NCBI GenBank assembly: GCA_973895155.1
Contig: OZ316897.1
Span: 13,019,375-13,083,374, forward strand
DNA length: 64,000 nt
Reading direction: 5' to 3'
DNA from: Marsupella aquatica
Taxonomy: Eukaryota > Plantae > Marchantiophyta
Below are positions 51,301-64,000 of this stretch, piece after piece. Position 1 is the first letter of the stretch. Each line of letters starts with the position of its first letter. The position numbers and the translations under genes are program-made. The notes under the pieces are model-generated. The model was not told the DNA's origin. It did no database searches and saw only the letters and a program-made list of their open reading frames with translations.

Positions 51301-53480
51301 ATTCTTTCCAAATCTGTTCTTAAAGGGATCGTATTCCGAGTCTTTATGTAAAAAGTGTTCCTTTTTGTTCTTTTGGCTATACGACACTTGGCTGTCTTGT
51401 TGTGAAGATACTTGTTGTGAAGCTTCTTGTTGGGCCCCATCTTCTGAGGGCCCATCTCCTGGGACACCATCATCCTCGGGCCCGTCTTCTGTGGCCCCAT
51501 CTTCTTCATCCCCATCTTCTGTCTCCCCATCATCCTCTGCCTTGTCATCTTGGGCCCCATCATCTTGGGCCCCATCTTCTGTCTCCCCATCTTCTATGGC
51601 AGGATCATACTCTGCCTTGTCATCTTGGGCCCCATCTTCTGTCTCCCCATCAGAATTTTCCTTGTCTTTTGTGGCCCCATCATCATCATCCTCTCCAACC
51701 TGTTCTTGCGAAGCATGCTCACTAGTGGCATCCTCTGCCCCATCTTCTGTGGCCCCATCAATGTCTTTCCTGTCTCCACCCCTTTTAGCTTCATCATTTG
51801 TGTTGTCATTTGTCTGGAACGCGTGACAAACATCTTCAGCAGAACATAAACCAAAAGCACAAGTAGAACATAAACCAGAAGCAGAACATAAACCAGAAGA
51901 CATGCCTAGTATGAATGGCATAGGGAAACACATCATACAAAATTGCGATAGGATAGGAGGTCTTGGAATAAAGGCAAAGACAATGTGAGGTACATGGAGA
52001 GTGTTGTTGATGTTTTTGCGCTTTTTCTGAGTTGGTTCATGGCTGTTTGGTACACGCCTTCTCTTCCGTGTAGACGATCTGTCAGGACCTACAGCTTTTT
52101 CCTGCACACAAGTAGAAAGAGTCGCATTCCATAATACAAAGGAAAGAACATGAATTTGCTTGGAACATCAATGTCCTTAATAGATAGCATATGAATGTGC
52201 CTAACCTGGCTTTCGATGGAGGTGTTCCTTCCCGGTGTGGCCTTGGTCCTAGACCTCAAGCCCTGTCTCTGTCCTTGTGTTTCAGAATTCTTAGCAGGCT
52301 TCTTACATGGGGCCTTAGCCTTAGCCTTACCCTTCGCTCTAGTGTTCGGAGGTGGGTCCTTCTCAACAAGGACACGCTTCTTAAATACAATGTTGTCAGC
52401 GTCCAAATCAGAGCGGGAAAGATCCAGTTGGGGCATCCCATCGTCACTGCTCCATTCGGCCACATCTTCTGGAAGCATTGCCTATGACAATCATGCATTT
52501 CATATGTCAAACATCACTACCGCATTAATATAGCAATACAACATAAAGTAAAATTCACATACCCTTCTCGACAAAACATAACTACATTTCACGTACCCGG
52601 TACCGACAGAACATAAACTACAATGAATTTACCTCATACCGACAGAACATCAACTACATTGCACATATATACCTGGCACCGACAGAACATAAACTACAAT
52701 GAACTTACCTCATAGCGACAGAACATGAACTACATATATATTGCACATACCCTAGCTCGCATCTCCTCTGGATCAATTTGGCGTCTATGATTTTTCCAGA
52801 AATCTTCAACGTTTGATTTCACAACGTTGAGCAAGCTGGTGAAGCGTTTAGATTTCCTCCATGCATTGTACCGCTCTGTGGCCTTACTCAGAACCCATGT
52901 TGTCTCATCCTCATCCCCTTCATGAGCTAACTTGAGGTTATTCGCCCATCGTAGCAACCACGACATTCGCTGTCGCTTGAGTTTCCACACTCGTGCAGGG
53001 TAGGAACCCGAAGTTGACTCTTTGTTGTGAATCGTGGCTGCCGTACTCAGTGGATTCCTTTAGGCACACACAAACCAAAGCATTCTCTGAATAGCAAAAC
53101 ATAAACCAGGAGTAATGAAATCAATCCATACCAGAACATGAACTAGTACTCGTGTGTGGATTGAACGCAAAATGATCGAACCTCTACCGTGCTGCCGTTT
53201 TGGGACGACCAACCGGACACGGTTCTGGATTCATGCGATGTACTGATCGCATGTGATCCAGAAAAGCCTGCTTCTTCACGAAGTGTTGACATGAGTCATC
53301 CGTCAGGATTTTGCAAAGAAAACCTGACCCTAATGTTCTTCTGTGGGTTGGATTTTTAGCTCGCATCCAATGTTCGTTCATCTTGGCTATTGGGAACTTC
53401 TCCCATTCTGACTCCGGTGGAACAGGAGGCTTCCCCTTCCTAGGCCCTACAGCACATTGCCGAGATGGCGCCATTCCCTG
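51298..53480 (-). CDS. Unknown multi-exon gene: C2H2 finger, GRPK (AT-hook-like) motif, basic NLS-like patches and an acidic DGETEDGAQDD repeat; 3' end apparently interrupted by the gypsy LTR
   Basis: FLCKILTDDSCQHFVKKQAFLDHMRSVH...GRPK (53184-53558). Further exon-like ORFs at 52750-53060, 52205-52480 and 51298-52100 with plausible GT/AG boundaries. Exon model not fully resolved. Confidence 0.5.
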
Positions 53481-55849
53481 CATGACAGTACCAGAGCAAC
53501 GTTGAGTAGAACATAAACTGTGAATTTGAAGCAAGGGTTGGGAGCGACATTGAAACAATCCATTTAATTGGTAATACCAGAGACTCAGTACTCATATGAC
53601 ATGCAGCAGCGATCAACTGAATGAGTTGCTTACTTGAGCAGGATGTCCGAGTGAATTGTCGGGCTTGAGTTTCGAAACCGCGCGAAGGCAAAATGTGATA
53701 GAACCTAAACAATGACACAGTATTTGCAAATGAGGAAAAAACCGTTTGTAAAGCCTTAAACCCCCCACAATGCAGACGTAGATTGCAAGGTGCTGAAACA
53801 TCCAATGCTTGCAATGATGATCTCGTTCAAAGCAGTGGAATCACAATCCTGACGTCGTGTGCAGGCGAAGCGCACTTGAGTGGTCTGGCAGGGTTTCGAC
53901 AGCAGTCGACTATCGAGACGGGGCAGGGGAGGGGAGGGGAGACGGTTCGTGCTCCCGCCCGATTTCGAAACGGACGGACGACGGACGGAATGGCAGTTGT
54001 GGCGGTCGAAATCAAAATGGTATAACATAAACCGAAGTCGCGTCGGGGAACGGGCAGGCTGCATTGGATTTCGTGACGGGCAGGGTACGGGGTGCCGCTA
54101 AACTTGGAGCGCATTAACGCAGCGTAGATTTAACGCAGGGTGAAATAGGGGTTCCCAAGTCCCCAGATTGGCCAAGGTCAGATACTCATGATTAGAATCT
54201 GAGTTCGCTGTAGGAGTCAAGTTACATGTGCCCCTTAGGGGGAGCAGAATCTGGGGTTTGCCTCCAAAGTTAGCGGGTTGGAGACTCATGCCACTATTTT
54301 AAACCCGGGTGGGTTTAAAATAGGTCTGGATGGTGAGGCCTTCTTGTCTCCTAAATTGTACATCAAAATATGATATATACCATGTATGACACCCTAGGAC
54401 ACCCCTGCATACCGTGATAAGCCACATTTTGATGTGTGATTACCAGCAGGGTACCTTTAGCCGATAATTGGCAGCGCAGCGCAGACTTTACCACAGGTAT
54501 TGTAAAGAGGGGTATTGTAAAGAGGTCTACCTCTTCTTACAATCTGCGTAATGATATTAAAATGGTTCTGCTATATGGCCAAGCCATTGTTACATGGTCT
54601 AGCCACCTGCGGTGAGATAGCGCATTTTTTAATTTGAGTTCTTTAAGTTCTGATTATCCCTAAGTATAGGAACTCGTGCATCATCCAGGGCGTCATATGG
54701 GGAGATACTCGCGAAGAATGTGACAACAAAATGTGTGATAAACAGAAAGAAATGATCTGAGAATAGATGAGACAGGAGAACTACGATGAAATAGAAAATT
54801 GAAGAGCCCGACATTGAAGAGCTGATGGCAACACAGACTTTGGTACTAGTCCAGAGGTTATTAAAGCATCAGTATTTACTAGTAGATGTGAAAGGATCAA
54901 AGTAGTGACATTGCGTAGATACTTGCTGACAGCTGCTGTTACTGTAGCTAGGAAAGATCTAATCATAACTGGCAAAATCTCTTCGCACTTGGGATAATAG
55001 TCAACACAACACCATTTGGTATCTGGGACGTCAACGGATTTAATTGGATATTGCTGGCTCCTTGTTAGTATATCTCAAATCGGGTGTCAATTAATTCGCA
55101 ACAGCCGTCGCAAGTGTCAAACAAGGCCATATGTACCCATCTTCTCCCGATCCAACCTGGTGATCTCTCAAGCTGGTTGTACGTAGTAGACAGATTCCAA
55201 CTTAGATCTCACCTGACGCATGAATTGACTGTAAATCGACTACAAACTGTAATTTCTCCTCCAACAAGCAAGCACATTGAAGCTAGTCGGCGTGAAGAAA
55301 AGATTTTCTTCCTTAACTTGGCAACAGATCGTTACTCAAAAGAATATACAATCACCATAAATGAGCACGGAATCTAGAATCATCATCCGTTATATTACAT
55401 GGAATTACTATCTGAATTTTCTCCTCAAACAAGTGCAAGTACATTCAAGCTAGTCTGCATGAAGAACAGATTTTACTCCTAGTACACTCTGCAACACAGA
55501 TCATCTCTCATTTCAAAAGAATATACAATCGCCATAGGATGATGAGCACTGAACCTAAAATCATCATCCGTTATATTGCATACAAAATTACACTACTCTA
55601 ATTTCTGTCCCAGGAAGCAAGCAAGAGGGCAGTTTTCGTCCAAGTCTACTCATTATAGGTAGCTCCAGATGATACTACAAATTTTGAACAAAATTATCAT
55701 CATTAACTTGGAATCTCTAGGGTCAACAGCTTTCAAAATGTTTCAAAAATAAATGGTGTCATCTGGAATTGACAATGAGCTCAGGTCAAAGTTGACCAAA
55801 ATGAGAATTTGCCCTGTATCTGTTGGGCCAATCATACAAGACTTAAATC

Positions 55850-56053
55850 TTAAGTGGTGGGGTTGATTGCTGCGTTGGGATTGGCACTATCGTACTTGCC
55901 GAATGGGAAATGAATCATCTCTAGTATACTTCTACTGGGCCCTTTCTTCCTCTTCGGCCTTGATGCCCCGCCACACGCACCAAATAGCCCCCTCTTCTTG
56001 GGACGTTCACCTTCTCCTTCAACTCCTGTAGGCGCCGACTTACTGTTGCCCAT
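55850..56053 (-). CDS. Putative 67-aa N-myristoylated basic microprotein
   Basis: ATG-initiated MGNSKS (Gly2, Ser6), with basic clusters RPKKRG and RPKRKKG and a lone Cys. Confidence 0.4.
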   Translation of the reverse strand: MGNSKSAPTGVEGEGERPKKRGLFGACGGASRPKRKKGPSRSILEMIHFPFGKYDSANPNAAINPTT

Positions 56054-59000
56054 AACTCCTCACAGAGCTGAGTATGCCTAATGGTGTATTGTGTGTTCTA
56101 CCCTTAGGCAGAAAATTTGTACTTTATTTTTGTGTGGTATGTCCTCAAGCAAGAGAACACTACTTTCTGCTTTTATTCTTCCTTTGGGCCCTTATGTGCA
56201 AGAATTTGAAGCCCTGATCTCAGAAGTCATTTTGGAAGATCCTTGAAAATTAAGAAGGCATGTCCCAGTAGTTCAATTTCATAAGAATATGTACCAATCA
56301 TCAAAATCAATGTGTACCTCAATATACCATCAATAGTAGCATATTGGAAGAAGCTTTGCCTATCGTTTTCGATTGCTTTGCGATAAAAATATTGCGCAAA
56401 TGAATCAGATTCTTAAGTGGTGTGAATTTCCAAGATTCTTGCGTAAGAGTATTCCTCCTGAGAAATCTAATCAGTCATGTAAGAAAGGCAGAATTAGAGG
56501 GAATAGTTAGCACCGATTTGTCAAGAAAGCCCCACAGCATATGTTTGTCCCTTACAACCCCATCACACGAATTACTTGATGCTACTAAGATTTCTGGATC
56601 TGAATCCACTACTCGGACAATTCTCAAGAGTCTCTCCAATAGATACGGCGTCGTGAACGTCAGGGCCTGAGCGGCTTCCACCAGCTGGTAAATCCGAAAA
56701 CATTCACGGAATCGTTCTTCCATCATAAACTCTTCTTCCATATGAGCGCTCCCATTAAGACTTTCAGCTTTCTGGGCTATAACTGTAAGTTTGAGAAATT
56801 TTAAGTTTTCTCGCCTTTGAAAATTTGAAACGGATATCCTTACAATGGAAGGGCATTCTCATCGGAAGCAAAGAAAATTTATTGAGAAGCCTAATGAAGT
56901 AACTAGAAAACTCTCTAGATCACTCAGAAACTTGTAAAAGACCATAATTATTAATAATTCTGTGTATGAAAAGAACGATAGAGGGAAAGGAAGAATTATT
57001 CGATTTCCAATTGCTGCGATTGAGGCATCTTAGGGAAATGGCAGCTTATGCATGAACGAATCTGTAAGTTGGGGGAGATATATAAGACGAGAAAATCATC
57101 CGCACCTCAACAATGGCGAATGTTCAGAAGATATCACCACCTGAGTGCAAAATGATTATCCGACGAAAGCAAGCGTCTCTCGGTCGAGACTCCTCCTTCA
57201 TCCATCATATTGATGGATTCGAATATTTATACTTCACAGCACAACGCTCTACAGCTGACTGCGATTATCTACAATTCTTGCGGGTTGCTCGATCACTGGA
57301 TCCATAATATCGACGAGCGCGTAATCCCATTCAATTAGAGTATATGGATAATTGATGTGTCACAGGGGCTAAAGAGGTGTGGCTGTTGGTCCCAAAGGAC
57401 ATCCAATCCGAGGAGGACATATCTCCGTCCATCTCCGTCCATCTCCGTCCATCCGGAAGTTTGTTTTGTAGTTTTGGGGATGGGCCCTAATATGGGCCAC
57501 AGAGTATTCTCGGAAGTATTGTACATCATGTTTCTGAAATATTGTATATTGTATTCATTGTCAAAACATGTGTCACAAACTGTAGTGTTGAGCCTATTAG
57601 TTTGACCACAAACCTTTGGCATTGTATACCATATTTTCTGAAGTATTGTACATTGTATTGTAATAACAAGAATGTCACAAACTGGAATGTTCAGCCTTTT
57701 AGTGTGACCACATCACCACAAACTTTTGGTTGCTGGCCTGTTTTACACCTTGATCTTACATCTTACGCAATCTATTCTGAAGGGCTAGTTTGTAAGATGG
57801 GTTATTCATATAAAACAAATGACTTCCCTGCTCCAGATAGGGTTGGCTTGACTTTCCCTCGTGCATCTCGGAAACTATATAATAAAAATTCTTTAACTTT
57901 TTGCAAGTCTCTTGAGTGTCTACGGCTATGGTATGATGCTGCTGGACATAGCATGGACCATATGTCAACGCAGATACGGGGACTCCAGCGCTAAAAATAA
58001 GGGTCTTGTCTACTATAAAGGAGACCTCGAAAGAGACATATCACTTTGTGTCATTCTAAACAAACAAGTTTTACTCAATAGCCCAAATACAGGTTGCCCA
58101 AATACAGTGAGTATGCACCCATTCCCAAACCCCAGATTCTCATGCCTATCCCTACTCCCAAGCACATTCTAAATATAAAAAAATTCTACTATCAAGCAAC
58201 TTATGATTTCACACCTTAACATCTTTTCTCATCTTAACACTTTTTCTGGCTTAAGTGAGATTTTTTCTGGCTTAAGTGAGATGTCAAGATGATGCAGAAA
58301 TTTTTCAAGGTGGGGCACTTGCCAAGAATTCAGATGTCGTTGCAGAAAAGCTATTTGTGCGTAAAAAAAGAATTTGCATGAAGATGTCGTCAAATAAAAT
58401 GTGAAAATGTGAAAAAGATATCATTGTGCAAATGATGTTGATACGGAAAAGATGTTGCATAAGAGATGTTATGGAGAAAGTTATTGAGGAAAAGAAGTGT
58501 CATGGAGGCAAGGTGAAGATCTATGCGAGACATGTGACACCAACTTTGAGGTCCAAGTAGGGTCATGCAACACTTTTTTCCTCCCCTTGATCCATTCCCC
58601 TTCTCTCCACCCCCTCCCCACCAGTGGGCAAGAGCAAGGTGCAAGGGAAAATAAATGGGAACAGGGTGCAGGCAAAGAGATGGATGGACTGTAGGTCCAC
58701 CGTGTTATTAATGTTCCTTTTCCCCATAGTCCTTCTGTTCATTCCACTCCCACCCCTCCCACTTTCCCTCCTCAAGAAAGAAAACTACCACCTAAAAGGG
58801 GTGCAACGTATTGTCAATGTGGATGTTTTTGGCCAACCAAAAAAATTGTGGGCAAAAAAGACAGTGTCAAGTGCCAATTGGTTGCAAGGAAAACCAATCC
58901 CACAAGGAAGGCAAAAAGCAAAAAAGAAAATTCTATGAAAAAAACAAAATGTCGAGTGATGCAAATAAAATAAAATGGGAGACAAAGATAATTTTATTAA

Positions 59001-59489
59001 GTAAAGTTTAAATGTCTGTTTAAATGAAGACTAAAAAGAAACCGAGAAAAGAAACATTGTGCAAAGGTTGAATCACCATGCCACAACAATCTACCTTCAC
59101 TCACAAATGGAAAAAGAAACATCCACCTCACCTTAGAAACAAGGAAAGGTGGGAGGAGGGCAAGGGTTCAAATTGGCCCCATAAATCTGACCAAAAACCT
59201 AACAGAAAACATAAAACTTGAACGCCACCCCTATTGCTCCAACACTAATAAAAATAGGAAAACAAAACAAGTAAATATATAAATAAACCCTAAACTAATC
59301 AAAATACATCACTTCTCTCCATTATAAACCTCCCACCAAAGCTTGTATGTCTACTCTATAGTAACGTAGCATGTAGGTATAGGTGTATCATATGACATAT
59401 ATTATTGTATGCTATAGTTTGCACATACACCACATCCAGTAGTAGTCTACGGTACATAGCTCCCCTCCCAAGACAATAGGCCTTCTTTG

Positions 59490-59648
59490 CAGGTATTTGC
59501 TTGATGGGACCCCAATATGAAAAGTTTTACTTGATAGGATCCCTGAGTGATCAAGACAGTTGATTGACCTTGAATCAATGCACCTAGAACTTTAGGGGTC
59601 CTATCAAGTTAACCTTTTCATTTTGGGGTCACATCAAGCAAATACCTG
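59490..59648. mobile_element. Mutator-like MITE (159 bp) with ~55-bp TIRs and a 9-bp TSD
   Basis: caggtatttgcttgatg.gacccca..atgaaaag.tt.acttgataggA.ccct on both arms. Flanks ccttctttg (59481-59489) and ccttccttg (59649-59657). Confidence 0.85.
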
Positions 59649-59959
59649 CCTTCCTTGGGCACCCCAATGCACACAATCCAATGGTGACAAAAAAAGTTCT
59701 AGAATATTTTTGATGATTGGCTAGATCTTATTCTCTGCAGTTAAGTTTGTAAGGAGACTAATGTTGTTCTTGGTGGGGCCACACATTATAGAAGTAGATA
59801 TATGCCCTGCACAATATGCAAAAAGTAATTTAAAAACAATATAATTTCTATGTGGTAACCTTTGACCAGCACTGAAAAGCTAGAAAGGCTAGGTGGAGAA
59901 CCAAAATCATCTATTATCAGATTATAGCCTACTAGCCCGATGTCTCTCTGTAAGTTGCA

Positions 59960-60470
59960 CAAAAGGTGTTAAGGTGAGAAAAGATATCAAGCTGAAGAAA
60001 AGATGTTGAGATGAAACAAGATTGTGATGAGAGAAAAAGAGTTGCGGTCAGGAAAAAAACTTGAGAAAAGATGTTGAGAGTGAAAAAAGATGTCGTTGAG
60101 AGAAAAAGATGTTGAGGTGAAGGAAAGGAGTCGAGAAAAGATGTTGAGATGAAAATAGATGTTGAGGAAAAATAAAATGGCAAAGTGAGAAAAAAAGTAA
60201 AGATGAGGAAACGATGTTAAGGGTGAGGAGAAGATGTCATGTTGAGAAAAAGACATCAAGGTGAGGAAAGATTTCAATGAGAGAAAGATATGTCCATGAG
60301 AGGAAATATGTTGAGGTTGAGAAAAAATGTCATGGTCCGATAAAGATGTCAATGTGGAAAAACATGTCAAGGCAAGATAAAGATCATATATGTTAAGGAA
60401 TGATAAATAATTATGTCAAGATTAGAAAAAGGTGTGAAGGCGAGAAAAGATGTTAAGGCGAGGAAAAAAC
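59960..60470. repeat. Degenerate aagatgttgag minisatellite, reverse complement of the 5.1-6.1 kb array
   Basis: Direct reading. More decayed units occur at ~58200-58500. Confidence 0.8.
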
Positions 60471-61174
60471 ATATAAACTTTGCAATGTAGTTGTTTGAGA
60501 CATGTTATGTGTGATACTGACCATGTAGCAATTGTCATTGTTTTCAATAATCCATGTTGTTGCACATAGAAATTGGAGACTCAAGATAGCGGCCACCACA
60601 TCATAGAATCTTGAGACAACCAAGTGATAGGAACAAATGTGTTGTTTTTAGTTTTAAATTTTTAGAGAAATAAATTTATTTATATTCAATAGTTTTACAA
60701 AAAATTTAAAGTTTCTTTTCAATTGTTTAAATTTCAATAATTGAAATGTAAATGAATTTAATAAAAAAAAATCTTGGGCAGGTGATTGCAGGCTAAAGAG
60801 CAGCTTGGGTAGACATTTGATTTAGATGGAGTGTATGGATAGATCTGATCATATAAAAAACAATATTCTGATGAAGGGTTATGATTGGTTCATGCTATTT
60901 AGTCTTGCTTGGTAAACCGTCCACACGAAACATAAATCACTTTTGGCATATTCATTTCGATTTTCCAGGTTTTCAATTTTTCACTTAAAACAGCATGCCA
61001 AATTTGAATGACAACCACTGCATTTGTTTTTGCACAACCTTGTATTATAACTTTTGATGACTTCGGGGTCTGAGGAGATGGTCATGAAATATACAACCTA
61101 TAGTTTCACTCTGCAGAGTAGGTCACAATAGGTCATGACAGCTAAACTTCAATGGGAAAATATAGTGTGTGAAG

Positions 61175-61580
61175 TGAGACCATATGCACAAATTACTAAG
61201 AAATAATCTTGCTATGTGGCAATCTGTGCTCAACAGAGAATACATTTAATTTCACTCTACAAAGTAAGACATGAAAGATAGACTTCAATTGCAAATTATA
61301 GGATATATGCCATACCATATGCAAAAATGAATAAAAAATAATCTTGCTATTTGGCCATCTGTGCTCGGTAGAGTAAAGCTAGAAAGGTTAGCTGGTCTCC
61401 CCTTGACTAGAAAGAGTGACCCTATGGTTTCACCCAGCTTAGTAGGCCATGAAAGATGGACTTATTCACAAATTAAAGTGTAGACGTCCGACCATATGCA
61501 AAAACTAATACGAAATAATCTTGCTTGGTGGCAATCATTGCTCAGCAGGGAAAAGCTAGAAAGGTTTGCTGGTGTCCCAG
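61175..61580. repeat. Three diverged tandem copies (ccatatgca...aaataatcttgct)
   Basis: Units start at ~61179, ~61315 and ~61491. Confidence 0.75.
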
Positions 61581-62599
61581 TTATTATTATTAAGAGTGAC
61601 CAACATAGACTGGAGTTCAAGTGGAATGCAATCCCAACACTCATTGTGGAGAACTTCGTTTTGTGCATCTCAGTTATGATCTTCAGTCTGAAAGTGGCCA
61701 ATTTATGAACGAGGGGCTTGCCAACCTAGGGGTTTTGGAGACAGCTTAATTAGGCTTTGGTATCATCAATCTATGCCAGAGCCCATTTTCTCTTAACTGT
61801 GGCAATCCTACCAGCAACTAAAATGTGGATGGCAAAAAGTTTGGCTCCACAGTCCTGTAACGACTGATCATCCTACCATGTGTTCAACCACAGTATTTCT
61901 AAAGCAATCCCACAACTGCAACCATGACTGAACCACGCATGACTTGTAAAATGTCCCATTCTCGTTGGATGCGACAGGTTTTGCACTGTCTTCAGACCCT
62001 TAAAAACACGAAAATACTAATCCCAAGATAGATCTAAAATGTCTGTTGAACCGAAACACCAGCAAGACAACCACAATTGTGTCACCTTGCGTTTCAGTGC
62101 AAAATAGACCGAAAATCTTTGAAGCAGTACTGGTGTTTGTCGGACCACTTACACTTGGAACTCTATGTATGCAGGAATGCAAACACCAGATTTCTGTTGT
62201 AAAGTTCGCACATCCCTTGATGTTTAACCTAACATGTGATGTTTAACCTAACATGTCAAATGAAGATCAAACCCAAATATCCATTGATTGGTATTGGTTT
62301 CACTCGACCTCTGAACCCTGAATGTCTTGATGCAGTCATCTTAAGAGGTAGATGTTAAAGCTGTCAGCCCCTACTTTGAAAGAACACTAAGCTCTGCAGC
62401 AGGATATCAAGTTCGTTCAATCCTCTCCAGACTTCTTCCCTCTCACACAAGTAATCAGGAAATAAGTAAGGTATCCTACAGTTGCACAAGTTATTTGATC
62501 GGAAGTGATTGCTCTCCATCATCACTTCAATCACCTTTATAAAATTGAGAGATGGATTCAGCAACTCACGAGCAGAGCAGATAGAAGTAAAGCCTCATC

Positions 62600-62870
62600 A
62601 ATCCGCTAGTCAGAATGATTGCAATGATCATTCTCATTGCAATCATTCTCACGAAGTGATAGAGCCGTAATTTTGCCACATGAAGCTCCGAGCTGAGAAA
62701 CATTCGAGAATGTAGACAAACACGCACGCAACAGGAACTCCGCTAGTCCGACACGATTGCAATGGGCAGGATTCTCAAGAAGTGATTATTAGAACCCTAA
62801 AGTTTCCACACGAAGCTCCCAGCTGAGAAACATTGGGAGAATATAGGTCAAAACGCATGCAACAGGAACA
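62600..62870. repeat. ~137-bp diverged tandem duplication
   Basis: ccgctagtc...gattgcaatg...gaagctcc.agctgagaaacatt...gcaacaggaac occurs twice. Confidence 0.8.
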
Positions 62871-63402
62871 CAGACAGACAGAGGATAGAAGCTCTTCCCC
62901 GCGAGCATCAGTTATTAAATAGCACACAATCATATCTCATCTCTGACATTTGGATGGCACAATCTATCTATCAATCGAGAAGTTATATCTTCATTTGCAA
63001 GCTGGCCGACCATCTTATCCAACGTTCCCCAAACTTCCAATGACTCCCAACTCCTCGAAGAACTCTTCTCGCAACGGACCCACCTCGACAGACCGAGAAG
63101 AAGACACTCAATGTAATTCCCCCACAAACCGCTGCTTCTGCGGTTAAGTAAGCAGCCAAGCAAGTGTCCCACTGCCACTCTTTTATCTCGCTGGCAATTC
63201 TCAGCCCCTCCCCATAAACGTTACTGGAGCGAAACCCTAATCCCTCAATTAAGTCTCAACCCATCTTCCAAGAGGTAAACCAGTCCTCAGAACATCCAAA
63301 ATGAAGAAGAATGCGATTTTCCGATTCCAACGAAAGACATTGCAGCACCGAAGCTCTTCCCACAATGAGGAAAGCAAGAGACAGGCACTACCACTACTTC
63401 TA

Positions 63403-63696
63403 CTACTCGTCGTCAATGTTGTAGGTGGGTTTGGCGTCCTTGCCCCAGCCGACGTTCTTAATCGAGGCGAGGTAATTGCGCACAACAGGCCTGCACTTCT
63501 GGTAGTGGTTGACGCCCTCCCTCCGGTAGCAGGCCTTCACTCTGTCGCGCAGCTCCTTGGCGACCTCGATGGCCACGAGCTTCTCCCTCACGATGTACTC
63601 TCGCTGCTCCAGCATAGCCACGGGATCTGCGTAGGGATGCGCGGGGTCGAAGTCATCGGGCGGCGACTCGTCGAATTTCTGCCCCTTGTACACCAT
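63403..63696 (-). CDS. NDUFB10: NADH dehydrogenase (ubiquinone) 1 beta subcomplex subunit 10 (PDSW)
   Basis: PPDDFDPAHPYADPVAMLEQREYIVREK...LRDRVKACYRREGVNHYQKCR..V..YL...GWGKD is the characteristic plant NDUFB10 sequence. Single exon, ATG to stop intact. Confidence 0.95.
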   Translation of the reverse strand: MVYKGQKFDESPPDDFDPAHPYADPVAMLEQREYIVREKLVAIEVAKELRDRVKACYRREGVNHYQKCRPVVRNYLASIKNVGWGKDAKPTYNIDDE

Positions 63697-64000
63697 TCTT
63701 CCTTGCCTTCCTCAATTCCGCTCGATCTTCACTCGATCCAATTTCGTTCCTCGGTACCTTCTCTTCCCTTGCTCAATCTTCACTCGATCAAATTTCGTTC
63801 CTCGGTTCCTTCTCTTCCCTTCGCTTCGCTTCGCATTCACCCACCAAACGACTGACTTCAGAGATCCTGAAGGTCACGAAATGGATCTGCCTTTATGGAA
63901 ACAATTCGGAGAGAATTGAATGATGAAACGAGACCTCTTGATGCTCTGAGCTGAGAATCTTTCAAGGTTTTTCTTTTGGACACTGATTTCTTTTATACTA

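Noticed and set aside
56475-57994. ORFs 56475-56741 and 57542-57994 as genes
   Set aside because: No recognisable motifs, and the second overlaps a local tandem duplication.
63301-63855. 184-aa plus-strand ORF
   Set aside because: Antisense shadow of the GC-rich NDUFB10 CDS and its upstream repeat.

Overview
Eukaryotic, transposon-dense land-plant DNA, probably a bryophyte and most likely a liverwort. That placement is an inference from the HNL-type alpha/beta-hydrolase relics and the TE lineages. The only clearly conserved host gene is an intronless NDUFB10 (63403-63696, minus). 0-14 kb holds decayed copies of an alpha/beta-hydrolase gene, possibly fused to a trypsin-like domain, plus many repeats. 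18.7-54 kb is a nested TE stack: (i) a Ty1/copia element (3' LTR 18690-18986) with an antisense F-box-like ORF, interrupted by a 1.3-kb TIR element with an 8-bp TSD and cut by (ii) a CACTA element with divergent TnpA-like and TnpD pseudogenes separated by telomere-like repeats. The CACTA is in turn cut by (iii) a 10.7-kb element with perfect 15-bp TIRs (31987-42721). This element encodes an uninterrupted, spliced ~1490-aa DDE transposase with P-element-like motifs and carries an intact EDM2-like multi-PHD chromatin-reader ORF. It is followed by (iv) a 5'-truncated non-chromovirus Ty3/gypsy element with an extra 3' ORF and arrays of an 18-bp palindrome, which appears to interrupt (v) an unknown multi-exon C2H2/acidic gene. 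The best candidate for an undescribed system is the P-like transposon with its PHD cargo and non-autonomous relative. All family assignments come from motif recognition by eye, not database searches.
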